This document shows, one piece after another, positions 1 to 14,070 of a stretch of DNA of 64,000 nucleotides (position 1 is the first letter of the stretch; every line of letters starts with the position of its first letter). This DNA comes from Zygnema circumcarinatum SAG 698-1b (Eukaryota; Plantae; Zygnematophyceae): NCBI GenBank assembly GCA_037447605.1, contig CM074810.1, forward strand, positions 1,956,880 to 2,020,879, in the 5' to 3' direction. The notes below the pieces were generated by a model. That model did no database searches, was not told where the DNA came from, and was given only the letters and a program-made list of their open reading frames with translations. The translations under genes were made by a program, and so were the position numbers.

Positions 1-3000
1 TTTCTGCAAAACCCTTAGCGGCTTTAGCTGCATCTGTGGGTGACAAAGTATCAGAAGATACAGGCATAGCCTTTTTCGCTTTGAGCTTTTGCTCTTTTTT
101 CTTCAGTGCCCTTATGAGACAGTGGCGAACGGCAGAGCTTGCTTTCTTATTTTCTGCAGATTCCAGCTCTTGTCGCATGCGCTGAATATCCCCCGAGGCC
201 TGCCATCCAGAAGTTGACCAACCAAGTTGAGAGTTTCAAAAGCTTGAAAGGTTTCGGCAACTCAAGTCCCACATGTCACACAATTGTTCTTCATGCTTAA
301 GATTTTCATAGTTTTGGAAGGTCCAAACAGGATACATAATGCCGAACTGGCAGTGAGATTATTAGACACTGCTCCTTGATTCCTGCTGTCTCAAGTTCAG
401 ATTCAGAAAAGGTACTACAGCATAGTTATGACATGATTTTTCTTCACTAGTGTTGATTTCCTTGACATATACAAGCATCGATAATTAAGGATTTGACAAA
501 CTACCAAACCTTGAAGCAATTAAAAAGCTGTACCTGAGCTTCTTTTAAAGTTGCATTCGCTCGTGCCACGACCTCTTCCAGCTGCACGAGCTCTTCTCCA
601 ATATTGTGCCAGCTGCTTCCTTTACTCCCTCTATCTCGTCCACTACCATTTCGTCCAACTTCATCATCAGATTCATCAGTAAATCTCGGTCTTTCCTCTC
701 GAAGGCGGTCCTCGCCCGCACAAACATGGGAAGGCCTCTCAGAGAGGGGAGGAATAGGAGGTCCATATGATGAGGATGGAACGCTCTGTGAGGGACTTTG
801 ACATGGATTTGATGTTGATGTTGAGCCATTCAACGGAGCCATGGAGCTTGCATGAGAGAATGCAGAAGATGCAGAGGCAGGATGTGGGCCTATAGGCTTT
901 AACGAGCCCATATTTTCCGCGATTACTTCTGATTGAGAGCCTGTACAGGCATACCCCCATAAAGAAATATAAGGAGTCAATATACTAGACAAATTTCGTC
1001 CAGAAAATAAACAATACTGGAAGATTTTTCGGTAAGAAAATGAGATTCAAGTAAAACTCAATCCCAATAGAGCACCTGCGCTGTAGCTGGCTCCGGCCGT
1101 AGTGGTGGTGGAGGCAGGAGTGGAGCAGTTAGTGGATGAAACAGCGGATGAGGCCTCTCCGTCGTCTCCGAACAGCTTCTTTTCTACCTCTGTCTGAACT
1201 TCTCGCACAACCTGCAAACCTCATTTGACTCAGTACCACAGATCAGAAGAAACATTTTTCACGCTTTCAAGTATTTTCTCTCGCTCTGCTCTTTCTTCCT
1301 CCCTTTCTTTTCCCCCTTCCCCCCCTCGGCCCCCTCCCTCTCTCTCTCCCCGTCTCGGTCGCTCTCTCTCTCTGCCTGACCGATCTGAAAGATGGATGAT
1401 ATCGACATGCAGTATGAAAGTTCCCACATTAAGTAAACATAACACGTGATCCCAACTTCAACAGCATGTAAATGGCATCGTCGGCCTAAGATGCAATTGC
1501 AACTCTACGACATTGTTGCCCTAGTGGCTTGAGCACAGAAATCCGTTGCCTGGTCTGTTATCCACATTCAAGTCCATACATCATCTACAAGGCAAGTAAG
1601 ATTTACCTTTTTATTGGCTTTATCTCGGTAAAGTCGAAGTGCATCTACCATTTTGGCTAAGTCTCTAGTTTCAAGCACCTTCTGCAGAGCTGCAGTGGCA
1701 CTTTTTTGAGCTGGAGTCTCATCTTTCCCCCCTTTTAAGGCACCTGAGTCCTTAAAATCAGCCTGCCCTTTCCGTTTCTCCTGCATGTTCACCGTTGCGC
1801 ATTTTCCCAAGTGTTCATGTGCATATTACGTTAAGATGCATGTTCCAAACTCTGTTTGATGGACCGAGCACAATGGATGGTGTTACGGATCGCATGCATC
1901 CCGCTCTGACCTAAACAGTAAGGATGGGAATGGAGAAGAAAAAGCAAGAGAGGAGACATGGAGAAAGACTAAAGAAGGCGAGATACCAACTGGCGGGAGG
2001 AAAGTCACGGAGAAGCGGGGAAGTGGGAGGGAGACGAAGAAACTGAAATACAGAGTGGCCGAGCTCCTTACTGGGGGCTTCGCCTTTCGTTGGTCGCCTT
2101 TAGCTTTTGCGGATGCCTCTGCTTTGAATCCCAGCCATTCACAAAAGTCCGTACAGATTGAACTCTGGCGCTCTGCCATCACCTGCCAGTAGAAGACCAC
2201 CAAAATCAGCATTTTGACACGAAAAAACGTCGTTAAGAAAAAGTAGGGAAAACAACACGGAAACTCCGAGAGCACTGTCTTAAGGTCTCCAACACAGTCA
2301 CTTATAGAAACATGCAAAGCATTACTCTTCATTTCCCTTTTTAGTGTAACCCAATTTTAAGCTGTTAGACACCATATTCAGTCACATCACTTACACGCTG
2401 AATACGAGTTGCTTCTGATGTAGTTAAGGCCTTCAGTGCCCTTTTACGAGTCATCAGCCATTTGCAAACCTCCTCAACAACCTCTAAATTTGCATTTCGG
2501 CAATGCTCCCCTAATGCTAAATACACGCCGTTATATTGCCCTGCCATCAGAGCTTCTTTCAGTGCTGAATTTGCCACTTCTCGTATGCCTACAGCCGCCT
2601 TATTTGTGACTGAATCAGTCGATCTAACTGAAGTACTTCCTGCTGCAGAAACACCATTAGTTGCACAACCAGCTTCTGAACTGCCCACAGGAATGAACTG
2701 CCTTCCCTCACCGATTTGAGCTCCCTGCATTTCCCCTCTTCGGTCATCATGAAGGCAATCGGATGGAAGTGCGCTTTCACAGATATGATTTGAAAAGCTA
2801 AATTTAGAACATCCCCCCGTACTTTCACTGGCAGGTTCCACACTTCCGTTGGGTCGTTGAGGAGTGCCAACTGCCGAGCCTATAGAGTCTGTAACTGGTT
2901 TGGGTGCAATTGTGGAAATAATGTCAGAGGAGTTCTCGAAGGCTTGTGCCGTAGTGGAAGATGGCAGAGAAGTCTGGCGCTGTAAATAATGTTGTGCTGG

Positions 3001-3573
3001 CTGTAGAACATTCGACAAAGGGACCTTTGTCGATGGGACTCTGTCTGCTTTTGAAGGCCTTGTTCCAACCCCCGATTCACATTTAGAACCAGATCCGGCG
3101 AGATCTGCTGCTGATTGAGAACCCGGATGAACATCACACAAATGAGCAGCCGCAGGAAGGGAACGTAACACAGTCAAGACTCCATTACCGGAGCTATTTC
3201 GGCCTCCTCCGTTGTTGAGTGCTCCTTCAGTTTGTATGAACTGAGAATAAAATACTTGTTCCTTGACAACAGGAAGGTTCTCTTTGTCCTTCAGACCACC
3301 CACCGTAACAAATTTGACATCGTGGCCGTTACTATCATATATGGCGGATGTAAGACCCCCTGCAGCTGCGGACGATGGATGGTGTGTATTGGAAAAAGAG
3401 CAAGCGGTGTTTGGCGGAGCAGAATCTATCATATTCATTGTATTACTGCCACCGCCTTCTTTATGGGCTCGTCCTCCTCTTCCTGTGTAACTGCCACATC
3501 TGCTTCTGCTATGTGCAGAACAGCTTGTGGAAGGTTCTGCTGCTTTGGTAGACAGATTCTGAACTCCTCCCAT
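1..3573 (-). CDS. Multi-exon protein of unknown function (Ser/Gly-rich N-terminal half, helical/coiled-coil C-terminal part); 3' end runs off the window
   Basis: Long ORF from ATG 3573 to a gtaag donor near 2395. Further GT-AG-bounded open segments at ~2070-2182, ~1606-1809, ~1076-1211, ~533-941 and 1-199 (ASGDIQRMRQELESAENKKASSAVRHCLIRALKKKEQK...). A 5' UTR exon probably lies at ~4985-5270. No family recognised. Confidence 0.7.
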
Positions 3574-5490
3574 GATAACAACAGAGAGAGAGGAAAGGAC
3601 GAGAGAGGGAAGAGGGCGGGGGGGCGGGGCGTTTGGGCGGCTGAATAGAAAGGCTTGTGGCTGAAAAAAGCGCCAGAATGAGTATGAAGGTGGGACAAGA
3701 AACTGATGGAATAACGAAACTAATCCATGTATATGTAGAGGGATTGAAGAGAAAGATACTAATAAGCTTTCACAGTTGACATAGCGTCTCTAAAAAAAAT
3801 AAATGGTGAGGCCATCAAGAGCGCGAGATGGCAAAGCCAGTTGATATCTCGATGCATATATATATATATACAGACACACACATATATATGAATGAGATGA
3901 AGACATTGAGTGCATCCGCCACAACAGCGTTCTGCTATTTTAGGTCCTGCAGCAACAAAGCAGCTCAAACCATTCAGGAAGAATTATCGTGTCAATTTAT
4001 GGCAATCCAACAAAATGAAAGTGACAAGAAGTCAATATCAAAACATTTGTATCCATATCCGAGCCCTAAGTTGTCTCACCGTTCGGACAATGTAGTGCAA
4101 CAACGTAAAAGTAGTAGTATGATGACTGTCTGCTCAGAAGAGAGGAAGGATAAGACTCATCATCTCATTCTGCCAGTCCTTACGAGAGTAATCCAATCTA
4201 AATCATAGATAAGAACTTGGAAAACATTAAGAGACGTTGAACTGCAAGAAGGAACATAAACCAGAGAAGTGATGAGAGATTTGTGAAGCTAGCAATGCAC
4301 ATAGTATACTTCTATATCCTCTATATATACAGCACAAACATGCATTGTGATTTGTTGAGAAACGCATGCGTTGCTTGACATGCCTACTTGCTTTTCTATG
4401 TTTTGGCAACGGAATTACGCTATCTCGAAGCTTAATTCACATGAAAAAATGCTCTGTTTCCAGGCAAAATAGATTTGGCTGTAGCGTAGAAACATTGCAA
4501 TAATCAGGAAATCACTTCCAATCAAAAGAAAAAAAAAAAATGGAAAAACACGTGACTTCGTGCAATATAGGCCTTCTGACATCTGCAATGCTTGGTGCAG
4601 AGTAGACGGATAAAGAAAGCCAAATAAAATTCAGCTAAATTATCTGAAAGGAAGCCTTAACCAACTGACCAAGCCAGGGCCAGTTGATTGACTTTGTTTG
4701 TTGACCAAATTTGAACAAACTTGAAAAAAAATTGATCAAAATCGACTGCTTCAGGAAATCAATGGACTAGATCACCCGCATTTCAGCGAGTACATCGCAG
4801 TTTTCTGTGTAAATACATGACATGTCGGAAATAAAATAGATATAATTAATCCTTTCTACGTCCTTCTCAAACATTTGAATCCATTACGACGTTAAGCTGC
4901 CAGTCACTTTCTGTTGAACCACTAAATCCTCCTTCCAAATGCCTGAAAGGGCTTCAAGAAAGTGAAGCGGAGAGAGGAACAACCTGCAGAGCAGCCTTCA
5001 TATCTCCAAGCGATCGATCACATCCGATCAAAGAAATTGAATACCCGCTCTGCACGCAAAACTGTTTCTGCCAGATGTACAGCTATTTCACATAATATTA
5101 AAATATCCAGAAGAGCTCCAAACTTCTTTCAAATACTGGAACCGCTGAGCCAAGCAAATCAGCTGAATTCAGGAAGAAAGAGAGGGAGACGTAGGAAGGG
5201 AGCAGTAGGGAGGACGGGAGAGAGAGAGAGAGGGATGGAGGGAGAGGGAGAGAGAGAGATGGAGTCGCAACCGCAGATACAGTTAACAGGACAAATGACG
5301 GTAGGGCTCCCATTTCTTCAGAAGCAGCTCCTGACTCCAAATTCGCCACGTGCACTAAAAGTAGACGTGGCGAATGTCCATTGGTAGTTACTTGGCCATA
5401 GAGGTGCATGGCCCATGGAATCCCCACATGGTTTGGGTCCCATCATGCATGCAGAGGATCATGCATCCCCATCCCATTGACATCAGAAGG

Positions 5491-5578
5491 AAAATGGCAT
5501 TGATCTCACGATGGCGATGATGCCATCAAATGTACATGGACAAAAGCAGCATGGGGAACCACGAAGAACTGGTCGCAA
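5491..5578 (+). repeat. Dispersed intergenic element, copy A
   Basis: AAAATGGCATTGATCTCACGATGGCGATGATGCCATCAAATGTACATGGACAAAAGCAGCATGGGGAACCACGAAGAACTGGTCGCAA; aligns by eye with 21263, 29241 and 59622(-). Confidence 0.85.
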
Positions 5579-6071
5579 CCCATTAACATAGTGACATTCC
5601 ACTGACATAAAGTCCATGGCATAAGTGGTGGGTTGAACCTAACTTTTGTTCAAAGTTTCATTCTGCACCTTTGCGAGCCGACAGTCTTCGACGAACTGCA
5701 TGAACGCAGATACAACATTGACCGAACTTTCGATTAGGTTATGATTTTTGTTATGGCAAGTATTCAAACACACGCAAAGCAGACGGCATTGCTTTAGGAG
5801 CTGGCTGCTTGGAAGAAACGGCCACTTGCTTTATTTATTAGCCCTTCGTTAGGACCCATACAACCTTTATTGCCCAAAAATCTTCATCTGATCGTAACGG
5901 TCTATGTATGTACAGAGCGAGCCAGCCCTAGAACATGCTGTGGTCCTAACCAGCCACGAAGAAATGTGCACAACCCTCAGCATAATTTGGAGGTAGCGCA
6001 ACTACTTGTAGATAACCCTTTTTCCCACTTTCACCTATACTCTGTAAATCTACCCTCTCCATACATTCTCC

Positions 6072-6260
<189 letters not shown>

Positions 6261-6712
6261 CTTCCGTCAATGCAACGCGCAATCACCGACTGGCGTGCAA
6301 ATAGCAATGTTTCAGTGTGCGCTCCAGTAAAGCCCACAGTACACCCACAGCAACAAGACGATGTTCAGAACATTCATGGAGAAGTTCTTCATGTCTGGGC
6401 CCTTGTTGGCACATGGTACACTCTCGTTGCATGTGAGCGAGGCCTCCAACGCATGTTCTAAAAACCACCCGCAAGACTCCTCATGCTAAGCTTCAAGCCT
6501 TAGCAGCAGTTTTGTGTCCCATTCGTTTATGGATCTTGACCCTCCCTAGACATATGCGTAAGCAAATGCTTACCCATACATCCCCCCTCTCTTACGTTTT
6601 CACTCTTTTACCAACTTCCATCACCTTTCGTCAGTCCCTACCCATCTTCTGCTCGTCTTCCTCTCTTCTCCCTCCTTCCTGTCCACACCCCACCCCTTCT
6701 TCCTCTTGCTCT

Positions 6713-9700
6713 TCACCCGACATCGCTCCTCCTCCTTCTTTCATGCTTATGATCAATTTCCGGCCATGCGGGGTCAGTCTCTGCCAACCCCTCTTCTATG
6801 CTCTTAGCTTTCTCGTAGCTGTACATCCTCCTGCTCCTTGAGAAACTCTGTCTACGACTATCTCCCAGCAGCCCCTCTCCATCCTCAGCCGTAACCTCAC
6901 ATGATTCGGTTTGCACTGCCTCTTCGTGTACCACTGTGGGAGTGCCCGGGATAAAAGGAACAAACCCTCTCCCCCCAAAGTAGGGCCGCATGTACGTGTC
7001 ATCAAAATGCCTCCAAAAATGATGAATGTCGCTTTCCCGGGCCTTCAAGAGGGCCCCCAACTTGGAGCGAGCTCTACCGTCTGAAGGGCCACGGCCATTA
7101 GGGAGAGAGAGCATGGGGAGGTCGTTGAGACGATCTCTCGTGATTTCTCGATTTCCATCGCTTGGGAGAAGGCCCTCCTGGAGACCCTCTCCCTGCTTTG
7201 GGCTATCCGGCTCAGAGACAAGGCTGTCCATGCGAGGGAACTCAGAGGAGTAAGGAAGAAGCCAATCGATGAGAGGGCGGGTAAGGAGCCCGAATACCTG
7301 GGGGAGGGAGGCGGATGGGGGTGAGTGGATGTGGGAGAGAGTGAGAGAGTGGGTGTGGGTGAGAGGAAGAGTGAGGGGGGGGGGGGACGGGGAGGGACAA
7401 AGAGAACAAGAAATAGGGAGACTAAAAGAGAGAGCAGAGTGAGAGATAGAGAGAGAAGGGGAGAGAGAGGAGTGTGACAGATAGAGAGAGAAAACGGGAG
7501 AAAGCGAGATAGGGACACAGACGAAGGGGCAAACGGAGAGTAGTAGGAGAAGGGGGAGGGGAGGGGGGGGGCGGGAGAGGGAGAGGGAGGAGAGGCACAT
7601 ACTGCAGTGGTGAAGAGCACCACAGCCACAGTAGTGGCTATTATGGTTGCATTCCGTCCTCCCGGTGTCTCTCCCCCTTTCGAGAACTGCTCCACATGGA
7701 AAACCATAAAGACAGCATAAGACGAGCCCGATTCGGACTTTTTCGAACCATCTTTTCAGCCCTTTCCAATATGTAATGGCTTTTTTACGCGATATAGACA
7801 TTCAGAACAACATTCGAAACTCAAGCTGTAACACTAGTCAAAAGAAAACGGACAACACAAAGGGTGGAGAGGGAGTGAGCATGCCAAAGTGCAAATGTAC
7901 TTCAGAGGAGGAGAGCTATAGCAGAGAAAGCAGAAGAAATTTTAAGCACAATGTGAGGGAGAGAAAGGAATCCTTACAGCATTGAAGGTGAGAGCAATAG
8001 AAACAGCGCCGCGCATGAGGCCAGCCCACCAGATGATGATCTGCAGGCCAACATCACTTCACAAGGAGCAAATGATGATGTTGCAACATCTATATCACTC
8101 CTTACAACTTCACACACCGGAATTCCACATCTCCTATACGCTTTAAGCGGTGGAACTCCAAAAAAGAGAAAATCAGAGAAAAGGCGATGAGGTAATTAAG
8201 ACAGGCAGCAGAAAAAACTTAAAACTGAGTTAAAGAGTTGACCTGCTGCCTTGCACTGATTGCTCGGTCGGGCTTTCTTTTCAGGTTGAGAGCGGCTGAG
8301 AGCGGGAAAACAAAGGCCGCTCTGCCCAGTAGAGTGAGAGCCACCAGCAAGCAGAACAGCACAGCTCCCTCCCTGCAGAACACCAGCTAGAAATGTTCGG
8401 ATTTGGGGTATGTGAGGGACAAGAGAGAGAGCAAGGGGAGGGAGGCAGGTAGGGAGGGGCGGAGGAAGAGGGGTTTGAGAGGTGGGGTGTGGGTGAGGGA
8501 GAGGGGGGAGTGTTGTAGAGATGGGACGAAGGATTGCAAGGTGGGAGTTGCACAGAGAGAGAGAGAGAGCGAGAGAGAGAGGAAGAGAGAGGGGGCGGAG
8601 AGAGGGGGGGGGATCAGGAAGGGAGGTGAAGTGTAGATGTCATTGGATGTGATAGCAACGAAAGTTGATGACCACTAACCCCATGTACGTCTTCTGCCAC
8701 TTTTCGATGTCCATGGTGTCCATTCCGACATAGATGAAGATGAAGGTTTCCGCTATGAACGACATGGTAGCAAAAGCATGCCTGTTGCGAGAATCGAAGT
8801 TTTTCCACATGCACGTCACATGCGTTAGACTTTAGGAAGCGGTTAATACTCACAAACCCTAAAAATCCAAATTAGAGAAAGACAAATGAGACATGGAAAT
8901 AGTCTAGCTTGTTTCACGGGTGAGCCGTATTGGGCCATAAACGCAAAACAATGTTACACAGAGGAGCACATAATAGATTGATTGATTTACAGCAAAAAAA
9001 TTCCATACGCTCGATTCATAACGTTGTGCAAACTAGAGTAGAAAACAAAGAGAGATTTTCTGAGCATGAGCCTCATGAAAGTCAAAGTAATTCCAAAGTC
9101 CCAAATAGAGCGTACTTGGTGGTAACCCGGGAGCTCTCAGTGATGTTATGCCACGTGTAATGTGACATCACAATACCGCAGAAAAAGACCGTAAGAATGC
9201 CACTTAACTGTGCCAGCTGTCAAATCCTCCACATGCCACGTGGCAAGTTAGATTTAAAGCATTCAATGTGCTCATACAGGTTATGAACAGTGAAATGTGT
9301 CGGCATTTAAGCTATGAAAAATCTGAAACTACTCCTGACACGAGATATCAATGTTTGCAAGCTGACATGTCCGGTAGAGAACAAAGGTAGAAGGGAAACA
9401 AACAGGGAGAAAGGAGGAAAGGGAAGGAAAGAAGAGGAAAAAAGAAGAAGGAGAACACGAGGAAAAAAGAGGGAGGGGGGAGGGAGGCACGGGGGGAGGG
9501 ACAGAACGATGTAGGGAAAAGGGAGGAAAGAGGAGGGAGGGAGACAAAAGAAGAAAGGGGATGGGAGCACCTCAGAAAAGACATATGAAAGGTACGCCAT
9601 CAAAACCATCAGCGCAATTTCACGGTCTGTGGAGTGCCTGCAAACAGAGAGGAAACAAGAGTACCAAGTATCAGCTTCACATCTCCCTGCAACTTCTTTT

Positions 9701-10360
9701 CTTTCTCGCCCTTTCCCTCTCTCTACTGCAAACCCCCCTCCAACTCCCCAATGCCTCTCCTCCTTCCAACCTTCCTCAGTCCCGCTGTCGACATACCATC
9801 GCTCCCTCTCTTTGGCTAATTCCCTCTCACTTCCCTCTCTCTTCCCTACCCGTTACTGCACCGCCGATATATCTATCCGTCACCTTATCCATGCTTGCTT
9901 GCGTACTGATAAGCATTTCTATGCTCACCTTCCAAAGTAAAGAGTCTTGATTATGGAAGCACTCGCCAGCCCAATCTGCATCATCTCATTTACCAAAAGA
10001 CAATCAATTGATTGAACCACCGAATCTTGACCAAAAGCATTGCATAGCAAAGTTTAGTGCTTCTACATGCACTTTTTAGAAAATTCAAGATTTTCACTAA
10101 AGAAAAGATGAGAACAAAGTGTAAGAAGGTACCGCAACACCGAGCACAGTGCTAGCGATGAAGAGGTAAAAAAAGTCGCCCAGGATAGCCCCTATAGAGT
10201 ATCCCGTGATTTGGTCAAAGTCGAACTTTTGGATTGCTCGAAAAAGCACCACAGAGGTGGCATCATTAACAACTCCTTCTCCAAACACAAGACTGTAGAG
10301 AAGCGGCTGCTCGTCCTGGTTCAAAACCTGGAAACAGCAAGAGACAGAAAGAGTGAGAGT

Positions 10361-10404
<44 letters not shown>

Positions 10405-12867
10405 AGTAGAATCCCCATTATACTGAATATAAGTACAAACAAAAAAATCCCCTTCTCGACCACTTTGACATCAAACTCTTTTTGCATGTAAGTAGCGAAC
10501 CCCTTAAATCATAGCTTGCACAAATGTACAAGTATATGAAGCTCCGAAATTGTCGATCTACGTGAGAGAAGGAGCATTCATTAAGGCTGGGAGTAGAATA
10601 ACGGATGCCCTGAAACTCATCAAAAGACTCAAATTCATTTATAAACCCTTCCAAATTCAAATGTTTAGTCCTCATAATTCGGCATGGAACTCTGTATGAC
10701 TCACCTGGAGGGTGCAGACAGAATCTGTAGCGGAAAAGATAGCACCCAGGGCTGCATACCATCCCAAAAAGAGAGCTTCAGGATTTTGAAGCACGTCAAG
10801 GCGCTTAGGGTCTTCAAGATCTAAAATCTTTAAGGATATACCAGTCTCTAACGTTAGTTTTAAGAGAAAAAATGACAATGTGAGGCTATGAAAAATTGAG
10901 GTCCGAGAACGGCTTTTAAATGGCATGAAGTATGTGAACGCAACTAAATGCTATCTATCTGCATCCGAAGGACCACTCCCTCACACTCACTCACTCACGT
11001 TCTCCTCTCTCTCTCCTCCTTCTCTTTCTATCTGCTAGTTTGACGTATCTTTCCGTGATGTTTGGTGAATAGGTTCAGAGAGATACCCAAGTAGTCTTTG
11101 GTCTGCAGAGTCTCAAATCCAAGGACTTCGAAAAGGACACGACAGCCTGTGGAGAGCAAAAAACCGCAAGATGGAGACCGCAATTCAGAGTAGTAACTTG
11201 CAAGCGGAAATTGTCAACAGAATAGGTGTCCGGTTGGGATTCATCCTTTAGTGGGCAGCAGTGTATGACTGGGATTCAGATAATTTTTCATAAGGCACCG
11301 AAATGAAAACTACGGCATGCCACCTGTGCAGATATCCTACCCATAATAGTGTACACTCTATCAGCTCTGCAATAACGGAGAGGCCAGGTCACAGAGAAAG
11401 AGGGGGAGGTGAGATAGAAAGAGAGTGGGGGCACTGAGAGGGAGAGGGTGTGGGAGAGAGAGCAAGCAGAATACGGGATCTCAAGGCCGCAAGACTGCAC
11501 CGCCAGAGATGATGGCGAAGGAGATGAAGACCCCCACGATGCCGAACATCATAATGGCCGCAAAATTGCGAAAGAACTGTTTTTTTTTCACCTGAAAACT
11601 GCACTTCCCACTCCCAGAATGACGCCTCAAAGTAAGAATCTGCGGAAGTGAAAGAATCCTCACCAAAGAAAAAACTTCATCAGAGCTTTCATGCCACTGA
11701 ACACGCGCATGAGAAAAAACTTTGAAAAAGTGAAGAAAAATACCCTGCGTTAAAGATGATTGGCGGCAACAAATATATGAAAAAAAGCTCCTCATTGAAC
11801 TCCAATATGTGTGACCGTTCTCCCCGACTTAAAAGCAGTACAATCACTCCAGAGAGCAGCCCCTGCACACGATGCTCCACTCTGCTTTCTTTCACCTCTT
11901 CCTCTTCTTCATTTTTTCCCTGTAAATCACTCCCTACCAACCCCTCCCACCCTCTCCCTCCCGCTTTCTCTATTCCACTCCTAGTTTCAAATCATTCCTA
12001 AAAATGGACCCTATATCCCTATTTGCCAACTCTTTATACACATCCTTATTGCAAAATTATGTGATTCCTAAAGGTAAATAATATTCCTGCTTTCTTGAAC
12101 TTGTTTAAGACAAGAATTTTTCTCTGCCAGACTCTCAGTTCTCAGGTCGCTTCTAAGCAGCCAATGCCCATCCATAGTCTTTAAAGTGATCTATGCTGAA
12201 TTACTAACCTTTCTTCCCCCTTCCCACCTCCTCCCCTTTCTCTCTCAGCCTCCCTCTCTCTCCTCCTCCTTCCCGTTCCATCCCCCTCCTCACCTTAACC
12301 CCCTTCCCCCCCCCCCCCCCCCCCCCCCTCCCGTCATCTCCAGCTCATCCTTCCCCATTTCCTTCCCTTTCCCCTCCTCTCACTTTCCGCCTTCCTCTCC
12401 TCTCCCATCTCTCCTACCCTCCCTCTCCCTCAATCCAAATCACTTTTCCTCTCCCTTCCCTCCACCCCTTCTCCCTCTCCTCCCTCTCCCTCAATCCCAA
12501 TCACTTTACCTCTCCCTTCCCTCCTCCCCTTCTCTCCTCCCCTCCCTCTCCCTCAATCCCAATCGCTTTTCCTCTCCCTTCCCTCCTCCCCTTCTCGTCT
12601 CTCCTCCCTCCCTCTCCCACTCACAAAGAGGATGGCAGTGACGGACTCGTTGATCCAGCGGTGCTCCTCCAGCAGATGCCCCACCACGATGCAAATGCAG
12701 ATGAGGGACGCAAACATGCTGATGGCCACCACGTCCGGCATGGCCCCCGCCTGCGCCGCGCCATCGGGCACCCCCGCCGTCGTCACTGCCCTGATCAACG
12801 GCCCAAAGGGCAGGCCATAGCCGGCCCTGAAAGGCGTGTCCGCGGGCAGGAGCCCCGCAGCCGCCAT
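6713..12867 (-). CDS. NHX1: Vacuolar-type Na+(K+)/H+ antiporter (NHX1-like, CPA1 family), 14 exons
   Basis: Spliced exons give GHLLEEHRWINES, LFFIYLLPPIIFNAG (amiloride-binding motif), FQVKKKQFFRNF, LGAIFSATDSVCTLQ, LYSLVFGEGVVNDATSVVLF, RHSTDRE, WWAGLMRGAVS and HHFWRHFDDTYMRPYFGGRGF. All introns are GT-AG and in phase. Confidence 0.96.
12421..12600. repeat. Three tandem ~61-62 bp pyrimidine-rich units in NHX intron 1
   Basis: CCCTCTCCCTCAATCC(A/C)AATC(A/G)CTTT starts at 12421, 12482 and 12544. Confidence 0.85.
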
Positions 12868-13129
12868 GGACTGGAATTTAGGGTTGGTCTTGCAAGCAAG
12901 TAAAGAATCAGCAGCCTGCTTCCAAACCTTCAGACACACGAAGGCGATCCCGGACGGACTTTCAGGTTTATGCTACGCAGAACCGGACAGAAAAGCCAGC
13001 GTGTTTATGTGTAAGGTTTGTGATGTCATAACCGCAACGTGAACTCCAAATTTTCAAACTGCCGCCCGACTGCGCAGTGCGGACGCACTGACATTTTGAA
13101 AGAGCTCGGCACCCATACGGCAGAACTTC

Positions 13130-14070
13130 GGTGTTTGATGACGTCATAGCTTAGACCAGTCGAAGGAAGGCTCCAGGCGTTCCTCCAGTCTAGTGGGAGG
13201 GCTCTTATGGGAGTCACGTGGCAGGTTGCCATTGGCGGAAGCGTCGGTGGTTACGTGGCAGACGGGCGGCTATCGAGAAAAGTCCGGCCGTACCGTAACG
13301 GTAAAAAACAAGGATGGTACGAAATATGTACGGTAATGTACGGTTTCTTATTGCACGGTACGGTATTTGCACTGTTAGGCAGTTGCATTTCCCATCATTG
13401 TCAGGTGTTGTACGGTAAAGTACGGCGCTGAATGATTTTTACGTTAAAAAGGTACACAAATTCGTACGGTCCAGCCTGCCTGCGTGGGACACACTGCCTG
13501 GATGACGTCATGACTAAATGTTCGTGTACGGCAGCATAGGCAGACCGAGGCTCCGGGCATCTTTAGGGCCTCTCCCAAAATGTTTTGACTTCCGCCGCGG
13601 CGCCTTGGAAGCGCGCGCCATCAGAAGCGGCCAATTGGTTTGCGCCGTAACGCATGCGAGAATGGTCCTCTACAAATAGGAGAGCGCCACGTGGTCATCA
13701 GACTAGAAAGCCGTTTACGGGAAAAGTTTAACGGAGTGCGAGCGCTCGGACACGAACGGGACTCGGCATCCGTACGGGTGGGGACGTCAGTATTTGCTGA
13801 CGTTCCCAGGTCTGCGGAACCAATGAGCAACGATTTGCTGATATCAGGTTTCTCAACACCCAATGATGGCGTGCCACGTGAATATGATGACGACAGAGAG
13901 TTGTACCCTCAACTGATTCCCAAAAAGATTGAATCCCCGTACTTTTTTCTACATAGCCGTACGGTACCAGTTATCCGTATCGTCAATATCGAATCAGTAC
14001 AGTACAGTATGGCGATGTTCGTACCAGACTTGGATTCCGAATATCGTATCAGGTTCGATATGATATATCG
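13130..14070. promoter_or_regulatory. Divergent NHX / ADIP promoter region with G-box/ABRE-like (CACGTG/ACGTGGC) and GTAC clusters
   Basis: ACGTGG/CACGTG at ~13216, 13253, 13687 and 13874; TGACGTCA at ~13139 and 13503; about 18 GTAC cores between 13288 and 14025. Confidence 0.55.

Noticed and set aside
5491-5578. CRISPR-like or tRNA-derived SINE interpretation of the dispersed element
   Set aside because: Copies are kilobases apart rather than arrayed, and they show no A/B boxes, shared tail or TSD.
10826-10845. U12-type ATATCCTT donor in NHX (and GTATCCTT at 60821 and 61240)
   Set aside because: The first lies inside a normal GT-AG intron; the other two are on the non-coding strand of UCP3.
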